Positions 15,890 through 27,636 of a stretch of DNA of 64,000 bases are shown one piece after another. The stretch comes from the human T2T-CHM13v2.0 reference genome, Homo sapiens. The DNA lies in NCBI RefSeq assembly GCF_009914755.1, contig NC_060925.1; one strand, given 5' to 3'. Below the pieces are notes generated by a model. That model worked only from the letters and a program-made list of their open reading frames with translations, was not told the origin of the DNA and ran no database searches. Made by a program: the position numbers and the translations under genes. Each line of letters opens with the position of its first letter. The stretch's first letter is position 1.

Positions 15890-16280
15890 TGTATTGGTCA
15901 GCTTGGCTGCAGCAATAACTCCAAAATCTCAGTGGCTTGCCTTTCAAGAGCAAATGATTATTTCTCACTCATGTCTATCAGCAGAGTTGGTCTGCTGCAG
16001 TGGCCCTGTCTCCAGGTCTCTGAAGGACAAAGTGTTCTCATGACAGAGGAAAACAGCAAGAGCAGAACTGAAACACAAGCACTCAAAAACTTCTGTGCAG
16101 ACAAGTCAGATGTCACATCCTCTCAGTCAACACAAATTCTGAGGCCAAACCTGACTGCAGGACATGGACATATCTCCGCCTGCGGAGAGGTACAGACAGT
16201 TGCATAGTCATAAGCAGGAATATAGAATCTTCTTGCAGGAAAGGAAGTGAATAGTTGGGAACAATAATATGATCCCCCAG
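15890..16280 (-). mobile_element. Old MLT1-type MaLR LTR
   Basis: 'tgtattggtcagcttggctgcagcaataactccaaaatctcagtggctt' resembles an MLT1 end. Degraded; boundaries approximate. Confidence 0.55.
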
Positions 16281-16325
16281 GCAGCTGAATCCCTGAGTGA
16301 ATAGAGGCTGTGTAGCAAACCCAGG

Positions 16326-16662
16326 TGGAAGGGAAATGGCTGTGCTTTAGTCAGGGGTAGGTTGAGGCGGCCTTCTGGTACAGCATGAATCAGCAGGTTT
16401 GGAGCACTGGTGCACAGCCCCGCATGTTATGTAACCATGCCACGTGAGGCGCATTAGGTGATTACCCATGTGAGCTCGTGCTTGGCTCAGAGCCGCTATT
16501 GTCTGTAAAATATCTAACTACACTGCTAACACTGTACATACAGCTCACTCATGCCCAGAAAGAGAGTAAAGCCATGTCGAAACTCTAAAATTCCTCGAGT
16601 GTTTTTCCAGCTACCTGCCACTCACCCACCAACTCCCCTTGGACTTCAATTAGAACCTGATA
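16326..16662 (+). repeat. 5' LTR (LTR18 family)
   Basis: 337 bp, direct repeat of 22143-22481; AGTAAA polyA-like signal. Confidence 0.92.
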
Positions 16663-16664
16663 AT

Positions 16665-16682
16665 TGGCGTCACAAACAGGAT
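16665..16682 (+). promoter_or_regulatory. Primer-binding site complementary to tRNA-Ser(CGA)
   Basis: TGGCGTCACAAACAGGAT, 2 nt after the LTR; one mismatch to the recalled tRNA-Ser 3' end complement TGGCGTCACGAACAGGAT. Confidence 0.85.
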
Positions 16683-16727
16683 CCTGAGGTGAGTGAGCCT
16701 TTTGTCCCCTCTGATTCTGGGTCGGCC

Positions 16728-18166
16728 ATGTGGCCGCAACATGGGTTGTGGTACCCGGTGGCAGCTGTGCTGCTCAGACAGGCTCCAGTGGAAGGAAACC
16801 TGGGTGGCAGTAGATGGGTCTGCCACGAGCATGGAGAAGGTGCTGAAGCAGTGGAAGCACAGAACACCAAGAAGGAGCAAGCTTTTGCCCGCAGAGTTGG
16901 ATGGGCATTTTTGACTGTGCTACAAGAAGTACACACCCAGTCCCTGAGGGATGCAGCACAGGTCAGGGCACTCCAGGCACAGGTGGGTCACCTAACACCC
17001 GGCTACACAGCTCAGAAAAAGAGTTAGAAGCTGCCGTGAATGGGGACTTCTAGGTGCAGGCGGGGCATTTGAAGGCTGGCTACAGAGCTTGGAAAAGTAA
17101 TTCAAGGCTGCTGTGAATCCAGGCCTGGTCTGTTGTCTCGGCTGGAGACCCCCCACTTAGTCTGATACCAAGGAGGAAGAACCTCCGTTGTGGGCTTGCC
17201 CAGTGGTTCATCAGAAGGTAGATCATGAAGAGCCATTGCGGCCCCAAGGGCAGGCTCAGGGACCCCCCCACCGTAACACAACATACTTCATATACTGCTT
17301 GTACCCCAACTGAGCTGCAGGAATTAGGCAAGCAGTGCCACAGCATCCAGGGCAAACTCTGCCCACATGGATGCTTTGTTTGTGGAATGAGGGAGCAGGT
17401 AGTATCTCCTATTCCACGTCTGAGATGGAAAAGCTGGTCTGTATCATGACTCACCCCTCCCTCCATCAGCAGCTGCAAGTAAATAGGTGACCACACCACA
17501 AGGGCAAGGTGACCACACCCTGACTGAGTGGCTAAGGGCAGCCATATGGACTGTGTGGAATGATGCCGGTGAAATACCCAAAACCATGAGTAAATGGCAG
17601 TCGTATACCGATTTGGTGCAAGTCATCTGGGAGATGGGTATGCAGCAGGCTATGTTTGGCCTGAATACCCAGGGGCCAGATGATGAAAGTTTCACCTCCC
17701 ACATGAGGGATCTCTTATAGAGTTCTGCCCCACTGAGTGCCTTTGGCTTCCTAGCTGCTGTCTTCACTCGGTACATAGAGCGCAGCGTACATGAAGTGAC
17801 CACTGCTATGGCAGGTCTCAGGCAAGCTGAAGACCATCCGCAGGACTGAGGGGTCTGTGCCATAAAGAAGGGGAAGATGCTCCACCTGAAGGGTGCCCCA
17901 CCATGGGAGAAAAGGGCCCCAATGAGTGACACACACAGATGTGGATAGATTTGATTTTGGCCAGGGTTGACTGAGGGAAAATCCATAAGCAGCCCAATGA
18001 AGGACTCTTAACTTTGTGGAGACAGTTGTCTCCGGAGCAGCAATTCCAGAAAATGTCCAAGGGGGAGAAGGACATTGCTGTGTGACCCAGTCCTGCCCAG
18101 GCGCTTCAGCTTAAAGACTACTTGCTGCAACCAGGCAGAAATGTAGAGGCTTTTCTCTTCGATTAG
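16728..18166 (+). pseudogene. HERV-S gag remnant (frameshifted)
   Basis: Fragments MWPQHGLWYPVAAVLL, RVGWAFLTVL, YTPTEL-like and TLTEWLRAAIWTVW lie between the PBS and the protease. Confidence 0.7.
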
Positions 18167-18248
18167 GGAACTGGCCAAGGTGCCCAGCCTGGGGGGACAC
18201 TAAACAACCAGAGGCCACATGTGGAATTAGCGATCCAACGGACAGCGG

Positions 18249-18509
18249 GTGCCAGCACTGGTGGATACTGGCGCCAATGGCAGCCTTGTTTATAGGAACC
18301 CAAATAAGTCTCTGGGCAAACCTTTTTACATTGATGGTTATGGAGGCTGGTCAGTGAAAGTGAAACCTGTATCTCTGCACCTTGGCATTGGCCGTTTGGC
18401 TCTCCGTTTACATACTGTGTGTATCTCTCCCACATCTGAATACATTCTGGGGGTGGACATTTTACATGGCCTGGTGTTACAAAGTATGGCCGCGGAATTC
18501 AGACTCTGA
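18249..18509 (+). pseudogene. Retroviral aspartic protease remnant
   Basis: ALVDTGA catalytic motif and ILGVDIL motif. Confidence 0.85.
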
Positions 18510-21060
18510 GTGCATGTGGTGAAGCCAGTGCTGCGTGGACATACACATCACCAGCCTCAGGTCCTACCACAACCCCAATGGGTTACTTCCACCCGTCAAT
18601 ACCATTTGCTGGGTGGGCATACAGAGATAACTGAGACAATTAAGATGCGGGAGGAGGTGCAGATAGTGCATGGCACCCACAGCCCCTACAATTCTCCAGT
18701 GTGGCCAGTTAGAAAGCCTGATGGAACTTGGCAGATGGCGGTGGACTATCAGGAACTGCATAAATTAACACCCCCTTTGCATGCAGCTGTACCATCAATC
18801 ATGGATTTCATGGACCATTTGACGATGGAACTGGGACAGTACCACTATGTAGTGGACTTGGCCAATGCATTTTTCTCCATAGAAATCGCTCCAGAGAACC
18901 AGAACAGTTCACCTTCTTGTGGAAAGGGCAACAGTGGACTTTTACAGTGTTGCCACAGGGCTATGTGCATAGCCTCACCATATGTCATGGTCTAGTTGCC
19001 ACGGATTTAGCCACCTGACAATGTCAGAAGGGGTCTGCCTATTGCATTATATTACTGATATTAGGTTAACCTCTGATTCTCTTGCAGATTTAGAAGCGGT
19101 GATGCCCCTCTTGTGGCAACATTTGGCAGCATGTGGTTGGGCTGTCAATGAATCCAAGGTCCAAGGGCCTGGATTATCTGCCAGATTCTTGGGAGTTATC
19201 TGGTTGGGTAAGACAAAGGCCATCCCAGAGGCTATTATTGATAAGATTCAGGCATATCCCTGGCCCACCACGGTGAAGCAGCTGTAAACTTTTGTGGGAC
19301 ATTGTTATGGGATATTGTTGGACATCTGTGCCCCATTTAGCTTGGATGATAAAACGGTTGCATGGTTAATAAAAAAGGGACCTACTTGGGATTGGGATGA
19401 TGCAGCTGAGACCACCTTCCTGGCAGCCAAATGGGCTATTCAGCAGGCACAAGCCCTACAGGTAGTTGACCAGGGGTGCCTGTTTGAGTTGGTATGCATG
19501 TGACCACAGATGGCTTCAGCTGGGGCCTGTGGCAGCACGTGGAGTGCTTGAGAACGCCAGTAGGCTTTTAGTCCTAACTATGGAAGGGAGTTGAGCTCTG
19601 GTATTCCTTGATAAAGAAACAGCTAGCAGCTGTGTATGCCGCCTTTCAGGCTTGTGAGAGTGTGACAGGATGGGCTGCAGTCATCATGCAGATGACTTAC
19701 CTAATAGCAGGATGGGTACATTCATGGGTAATGACCTCCTGGACTGGGATGGCTCAGACATCCACTTTGCCAAAGTGGGGTGCCTACTTGGAGCAGTGGA
19801 GAACGCTGAGTACAAGTCCCTTAGCAGCAGAGTTGCAAGAGGTCTTAAAACCTGAACCTGTAGTCCTAATGTAAGATAAGGCCATGGGGCCTGAGGTGCC
19901 CCTAAACCCTGAGCTTTCACTGTTTAAGGGTGTCCCCCTATTCCCGATGGGACATGGTACACAGATGGGTCTAGCCGAGGTGCTACTGCTGCCTGGACTT
20001 CTGTTGCAGTCCAACCTAGTACTGACACCGTATGGTTTGAAACCAGGTATGGACAAAGTAGCCAATGGGCTGAACTTAGAGTAGTATGGATGGTGATCAC
20101 CAAGGAGGTGACACCTATAGTTATCTGTATCGGTAGCTGGGCAGTCTATCAAGGCTTAACCTTATGGTTAACTACCTGGAAAATACAAAAGGGGTTAGTC
20201 AGCCACTGACCCATTTGGGGCCAAGTCATGTGGCAAGACCTTTGGGAAATGGGTCATCAGAAAGAGGTAACTCTTTATCATGTCTCAGGCCATATGCCTT
20301 TCACTACCCCCGGCAATGATGAGGCAGATACCTTGGTTAAGATCCGATGGTTAGTCAGCACCAACATGAGATGTGGCCTTGTGGCTACACTGGAAACTGG
20401 GACAAGCCGGGGGGTGAACTGATGCAACGGGTCAATAAGCATTGGGGTCTATTCCTGCCCAAGCAAGGCATTTGAGAGGCTTGTCAGAAATGCCTGGCAT
20501 ATGCTCAGGCACACCCTAAATGGAGGCAGGGGCCCAATATTACACAACAAACGACAATAGGGTGAGTGCCCTTGACCAAGTGGCAAGTAGATTACATTAG
20601 GCTGCTGCTGAAGTTGCAAGGGTATATGCATGTGTTAACAGCTGTGGACACAGTCATGAGCCTGTTGTTCACCTATGCTTGCAGAGTGGCCAACCAACAG
20701 AACACCATCCAGGCCCTGCAACACTTATATGCCCTGTATGATCACCCTCTGGCTGTCGAGAGTGATAAGAGAACACATATCACTGGATAACAGGCACAAA
20801 AATGGGCATAACAAGTGGACATAAAGTGGGGATTCCATGTACTATATAACCCGCAAGCTGCACATATAATTGAGTGGTATAAGAGGCTCTTAAAGAATGG
20901 GTTATGCTTGCATGTCACACCCCTGTCTTTGTGGGGCTGGAGTTCCAGGCTGGACCTGGTACTTCAATCCTTGAATTAACAGCCACAGAAAGTTGGCCCA
21001 GTTCTGATGGTGGCTTTGTTACACTGGGCCACCATCCCCATCCGGTTGCAGATACATACC
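18510..21060 (+). pseudogene. pol remnant (RT, RNase H, integrase) with stops and frameshifts
   Basis: SPYNSPVWPVRKPDGTWQMAVDY, VDLANAFFSI, LPQG, YITD (mutated YIDD, 19048-19059), RNase H WYTDGS (~19955) and integrase WQVDYI (~20581). Confidence 0.9.
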
Positions 21061-21549
21061 AAGGGTGACCTCCTCCAACCAGGTATGGGGATGAACAGTA
21101 ACCTGTTGTTACTAGCCCCAACACCCTTGAAGGCAGGGGAACAGAAAACCTGGCTGTGGCCATGGACCCTCCAAGCCCCCCACTGCCAGTGGTTGGCCAT
21201 CGTAGCTCCCTGGGGGTAGGGCATACACTATGACTTGCATGTCACTCCTTGGGTATTCAATACATGGCCCCTGCAGTTGACTGTTTGTAGGGGAATGGCC
21301 AGGGAAGGCACCCTCCTCCAGGGAATATATGTATTGCTTGTGTGACCTATTATGAGTTCCCCTGTGACTTTGGCACAGATACAGGACTCAAAAGAACCAT
21401 GGGGAGCTGAGAAGGTGTGGTACCATCATCCAGGGCAAAATCCCTTGTTGGCTGCATTGTTATCCAGGGATGAAAGGTTAGCCTGTATTTTGCTTGAGAG
21501 ACGTGATTTACCTCTGTTAGTACCTATGCCTGCTCTGTCATTTCAACCA

Positions 21550-22140
21550 CAGGTTAACATGCTCCAACTGCATCATGAACTGGGCCCACACGTAGGCTGA
21601 GGTGACCAATATTTCCAACTGTTGGCTCTGCACCACTCTTCCAGCAGCAGTTGTGGACAGCTTGCCTTGGCACATGCATTCAGTGTCTGCAGAGAACTGG
21701 ACATGGCTGGAGACTTGGGGTCCCATGGCTGACACCTGGAACGCAATGCAGCAAGCTTTGGACAAAAGACACTGCAAGACCCATGGCACACACACCCCTG
21801 GCTGGCCTGTAGTGTTTATGATGGGTGGGGCTGGCTAGTGGGGGAACATGTAGTACCCCTAGCCCAGGCACCGCGGTGCATACAGCAACACTGGGGTAAC
21901 ACCACTGCGGGATGGGTACCTGTCATGGCCTGTGTAAACATAATACATGTCACTCCACTGAAGTTATGGTGGGTATTCCTGGGCTCTGGCCTATGCTGGG
22001 CCCTAACAGTCATAAGTAGCATAACTGGGATCCTAGTAGTGAGCTATTGCTCTCTGTATTGTTGTTTGAGCTATGGATTCAGGGCTCCGCCCTATGGGCA
22101 TGTGTCCCTGCCCAGAGGATGCCCTGAGCCTAGCTGGTGG
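21550..22140 (+). pseudogene. env remnant, apparently internally deleted
   Basis: SU N-terminal NISNCWLC (CWLC at 21620-21631), then within ~350 bp a TM-like hydrophobic stretch (LWWVFLG...ILVVSYCSLYCC). Confidence 0.65.
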
Positions 22141-22142
22141 AG

Positions 22143-22481
22143 TGTAAGGGAAGTGGCTGTGCTTTACTCAGAAGTAGGCCAAGGCGGCCTTCTAGCGCAG
22201 CATGACTCAGTGGGTTTGGAGCGCAGGCGTACAACCCTGCACATTATGTAACCACACCGCATGAGGCATATTAGGTGATCACCCATGTGAGCTTGTGCTT
22301 GGCTTGGAGGGACTATTGTCTGTAAAACATACAATTACCCTGCTAACGCTGTATATATGGCTCGCTTGTGCCCAGAGAGAGAGTAAAGCCATGTCAAAAC
22401 TGTCTACAATTCCTCTAGTGTTTTTCCAGCTACCTACCACTCACCCACTGACTCCCCTCAGACCTCAGTTAGAACCTGACA
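22143..22481 (+). repeat. 3' LTR (LTR18 family)
   Basis: TGTAAG...TGACA, 339 bp, followed by the TSD CCAGG. Confidence 0.92.
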
Positions 22482-24949
22482 CCAGGGCACCCATGTCCTT
22501 CTCTTTCCTCAAATTCATGGCAGACATCACTAATTGGTGCTCTTCCCAACTGAACTCAGACTTAGCCTTAAAATTTTCAACATAGTTGCCTGAACAACCT
22601 ACCACTCAGAAATGGCACTAGAAATAAAACTTATTAGCCATCCCTGTGCTGGGGCAATAGTTGTCAAACCAGGTTATTATCACAATTGTCTGGGGGAGAA
22701 CCTAAAAATTATAACTTCTCAGGACCATTCCAGAATGTACCAGAAAAGCTACCTTGAAAATCTCCTATAAATCCCTGACACGTAGCGTACAGCACTGTAA
22801 TCTGTAGTTCCTCCTCCTTCCTGGGACTTGGACAAAGAGAATGCAAGCATACAGCATGTATTTTTCAGCTGCACTGGAAGGTGAGCTAGCTGATTGAGCA
22901 AGTAAGGCAATCTCTATTTTCTTATGCATCAAATGGTGTAAATATAGCATTTACACCATTCTGAACACCAAGAGTTCTGATGTCAGATTGTCTGGCTTAA
23001 ATATCCCCTTCGTACCTTGGTAACCATGTGAACTCAGACAAGTTACTGAACTGCTGTTTCTTCACCTGAAAAAGTATCTGTTTTACAGAATTGTTATGAG
23101 ATTTAGACAAGATAATTCATGTAATCTGAATAGAAGAGCACCTGACATAAAGTCCTCTAAAAACACAATATCTATCTAATTTTATCATTTTTGTCTATAA
23201 TATTTATCTCTCCGAATTTGTATGAGCATTTAATGAGAATATATGTGAGTATATGAGAGGTATCTGGGCACATAGTAGGTGCTCAAAGAGTGGTAAGATT
23301 GTTATTATTCAATGTGTTTTAAACAACTTTTACTAAGGGATACATATTTTCTAGTATGGTAGACAGAGAACAAAATATTCCATTTAATTATTAATGTATA
23401 TGCCATCACATAGAACACCCAGAAGATTGGTGCTAAGGAGGTGGGGGTGGGGTTAGCCAGCTCCTCATTCAGTTCTATCGTCTCCCTTCAGACCACCCCT
23501 AATAAACATAAACTAAGTAAAACAGCTTCAAGACACATCCCTAAGCCATCCCTAAACCATATGTCATCCCTTAAACCCCCTCTTCCAAGATGATTGCCAT
23601 CTCAAAGTCTCTCCATCGTCCAATTCCATGTTTACCCTTGGGGGCAACTGAGAGCACTGTAAAAAGGTATATTAAACTGATATATATGAAAGGAGCCTAG
23701 AATAATTACATCTTTTAAACACCTGTATACACACACTGAATAGTCACAAATAGATGTTATTGAATGCAGCATCGCTCAACAATTGAGATTCTCATGTGGG
23801 GAAATGAATGGAGAGCTGATTTTTCTAAAACACTTCAGTGCATGTAAAGCACACAAGCAGGCACTGCTTTCCTTCATCACAGACACCTCTAGAATCATCT
23901 CCTAACACAATTCTGAGCAAGATTTTTTATAACATTGATCACGGGCTTTGGGCACCAGCCTGCCACGGAAACCAAATTGGGTGCCTTTAAATACCAAGCT
24001 CCCAAAACAAGTTAACAGCTCTTGCCGAGTTGTTTACACAATTCCCACTCTGAAAAGGTCCTTGATGCCCAAGTTAGTCCCTGCTGGTTTGCCAGGGACT
24101 GTCCCAGTTTTAGCACTGAAAAGTTCTTTGTCTCAGGCAAACCAAGAGTGTTGGTCACCCTAGCTAAAGCAGAGACAGCAAACTAAAAACCAGTAAGTAT
24201 TGATTCTGAATTCCTCCCCGTAAACACAAATACAGATACAAATAATGATTAAGTGGCCCCTGCATGTCAGGTGCCTTACAGAGAGAGGCCTAATTATTTT
24301 GTAATTAACACACTTCTGAAAATGTGGGGGAGTGTACAACTCCAACTTTAAAAAGAGGAACCAAGCATTTCTTGAGCCAAGGCTTTTATAAGCTAAAATA
24401 AAATGTTTAAATGAGAAATTTCAGGAATTCAAGTCAGTGAACTATGCTGCCCACCTCCTTCTTCCTGTTTGATCTTTGAAGATTAGCATTCAGTATTTTT
24501 CATGACATTTATATTGAGGAAGGAATATAAGATTATTAAAAGCAGAGAAACTCAATATTGGGAACTCACATCAAAAGGTCTTCAAGACAAAGAAGAGATC
24601 ATAGGATTTGAAACTAGAGTTACTAGAAGCATGTGTGCTGCACTTCATTTTCTAGTTAACAGCATAACCTACGTCAAAATATGATTTAAAACACTTCTCA
24701 CAGCTCAGTTGACATTTGGCAATCCCCAGCCTTCTTTTGCTCTCGAGGATGGGGGTTCAAATCCACACGACGTTAGCACTTTGTACTGCTACATATTCCT
24801 GGTGGAGGAGGAAAACAGTCTTTCGGTTTAAGTAAAATGAAAACATCTGTTTGAGTCCTGAGGGAAAGAATTATTTTTACATAGAGGGGAGAGGATGCCT
24901 GGTTGTTAAAGCTGGAGTCAGCCTCAGTAACATTACAAAAGGGAAATAG

Positions 24950-25485
24950 TTACACTGTCAGTTGCCTTGCCTTGCTCACTTGCCTGGCTCACTCTGTCAG
25001 TCTGATCTGGGCATGGCTTGACTAGATTCTCTGTGCAGGGTCTTACAAGGTATTGGCTGGGTTCTGCTGTGATCTGGAATTCAGGTCCTTTTCCTAGCTC
25101 ATGTGGTTGTGGCAAAATTCAGTTCCTTGGAACTCTAGGACTAAGGCCCCAATTCTCTTGCTGGCTGTCAGCCAGTGGTCACTCTCAGCGCTTGCAGGCT
25201 ACCGACATTCCTTGCCATGTGGCCCCTTCCATTTCCAAGCTAGAAACAGACAGTCTCCCTTACACGGAATCCCTCTCATGCTTTGAGTCACTGACTTCAG
25301 GAAGGGCCTAGTCCCATTTAAGGGCTCACCTGATTAGGTCAGGCTTACCCAGAATAATCTCCCTTTCTTCAAGTCGAATGCGCCATATAACTTAATCACA
25401 GCAGTAAAATCCATCATCTTCACAGTCCTGAGGATTGTACAGCAAGTAGGGATCCTGGAGGTCATCTTAGAATCCTGCCTACCAT
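24950..25485 (-). mobile_element. MLT1 (E/F-type) MaLR LTR
   Basis: 'ggcaaaattcagttcctt...actaaggcccc', 'agggctcacctgattaggtcagg', and the end 'tcttagaatcctgcctacca'. Confidence 0.7.
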
Positions 25486-26724
25486 AAAAATACAACGCAA
25501 GATTTTTCTTTTCAAACTTGTAGTTCTATTTTTAGGTGGAAGGACTGGGAGAGAAAGTCCAAGAAAACATATAGTAGGACTTAATTAAATCTACTTTCCC
25601 TTAAAGGTACAAATTTACTAAAAGTTAACATCTTAAAATTATTTTTATAAATAATAATAGTTGGTATTTTCTGAGCTACATACAGCATATGATAAGTGTA
25701 TTCATAAGTTGCAGAGGTCAAACTCAGTTCTCAAGGGATTTACAATCTAAAAGAGAAGATAGGATACACATTTAGTTAACAGATATGTATTTGGGCACTG
25801 TTTTAATTTTTTTAAGTTTTCAGACTTTGTTTCACAGGGATCAACATGGAAATGTACTGGAGTTAGTAATGCGGTGCCCAGCCTCCCCACAGCCTTCTTT
25901 ATCTGATCCTGCTCCTAAGGGGACTGGGCTGGGGCTGGAGAGGGGATGGGGCTTTGCAGTTTAAGGCATTTCTGGCTTCAGAGCCATCCCTGCCGCCCCT
26001 CCACTTGCCCCTTGACCTTGGTCAGACACTGGCTGGCCCCTGGTTATTCTGAGACAAGGACAACCATCACTGACACTGAAGGGAGGGTTTGCAGTGAGGC
26101 AGCCCTCTGCCGCTCTCTGCCAAGATGAGAAGGATGAGACCCACCACTCCAGGGGTCAAATAAAATCAACACATGAAGAACACGGCTGGTGGCCAGGCCC
26201 AGATACCCAGGCAGGCAGCAGAGGTTATTAACCCCACGGTGCAGTGGGCTCCTCTTGGGGACTCCTCACAGGGCCTGGGGTGTGGCAGAGGGACAGAGCC
26301 ATATCCAGGGTGGCTGGGTGGCTGGGCAGGGCCAGCTGAGGGGCAGGGTACCCAGACTGGCCCTGGTCTGGTCTCTGCTTGCCAGCAGCCTGGGGCTGGC
26401 ACAGGCAGCACGGGGAGGGACGTAGAGCTGCCCAGCACTAACGTTGTTTCTAAGTCACAGTATTGGCACAGGAGGCTCAGGCAGGGCCAGGCCCTGGGGT
26501 CCAGCCAGCCTGGGAGAAGGCCAGCCACGGATGGGCACTATTTTATACAGCAGTGGTCTGGCTTTCTTGGGTTTACGTTTTAACAGCAGGTAGAAATGCA
26601 GCCACAATAGTTAACAAAAACAAAAATAACAGCCGGACAAAAATATTCTCACAACTATTGAGAGTAGCAATAATTTACTGAAGGCCGGAGAGCTCACTTA
26701 GTAGAACATGAGATACTTGTGAGG

Positions 26725-27160
26725 CAGAGTAGCTTAGTGGCTAAAAGTATGGACTCAGGTTTGCATCCTGGCTCTGTTGCATTCCAGCTGTGCAACCTTG
26801 GGCAAATCATCCAGTGTCTCTGTGCCTTGGTTTTCCTCATCTGTAAATTAGAATCTTAAGAGTACCTACTGTACAGAGTTATTAGTGAGGATGAAATTAA
26901 TTCCCATAGAGCACTTAGAACAGCATGCTCAGCACACGGAAAGTGCAGGTGTTGGCTATTACTTACTCTATGCCAGGTGTGACTGAGTCATTGGCAGGGA
27001 TTATATCTTTTAATCCTCATAATGATCCTGCAAAGTAAGTATTACTATTGGCCGCAAATTACAGGTGAGAACATTGTAGGCACAGGGAAGCTAAGTAACT
27101 TCTTCAAGACTATCTTTACGGGTTAATAAGACACAGAACAGAACCCAGGTCTGCCTTGAA
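26725..27160. mobile_element. Two MIR fragments in opposite orientation
   Basis: MIR cores 'gtgcaaccttgggcaaatca...ctcatctgtaaa' and 'ttacaggtgagaacattgtaggcacagg'. Confidence 0.65.
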
Positions 27161-27573
27161 GGCACATTCTATTTATCAACAGACTTACTAATAAATTAAC
27201 GCAGTGGAAGAACTGAAGATGGGGATTTATTTTCCCAGCTGAGTTGGTTTGTCTAACTCACAACCAAACACAACAAAGCTGATGAACAAGGCAGAGAAAG
27301 ACAACGCTCAGGAGTGAGAAGTGACAAGAAGATTATGACAGCAATAATATCATGTATGTGAAAAGTTTACTAAAACTGACATTTGTTGTAATAAATGGAA
27401 GGTGATCCCATGCAGAGAAAATATTTTCAGATGGGCCTCTCCTTATAAATTTCCAATTTTGAGTGACTCAGATGGCTGAACAGCTGATGCTATTAGTTTT
27501 CAGCTCCTGCTGCTATAATATTAATTGTAGGAGGCAAACCTATCCAGTTGCTACACAGATGCTAGATGCTAGG

Positions 27574-27636
27574 TACACACACACACACACACATACACAC
27601 ACACGCACACATGCACACATGCACACATGCATGCAC
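27574..27636. repeat. (CA)n / CATG microsatellite
   Basis: Directly visible. Confidence 0.9.

Larger units (their letters stand above)
16326..22481 (+). mobile_element. HERV-S (HERV18, LTR18) class III endogenous retrovirus; two-LTR defective provirus
   Basis: Direct-repeat LTRs, 5-bp TSD CCAGG (16321-16325 and 22482-22486), tRNA-Ser PBS, and gag-pro-pol-env remnants in order. Confidence 0.92.
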
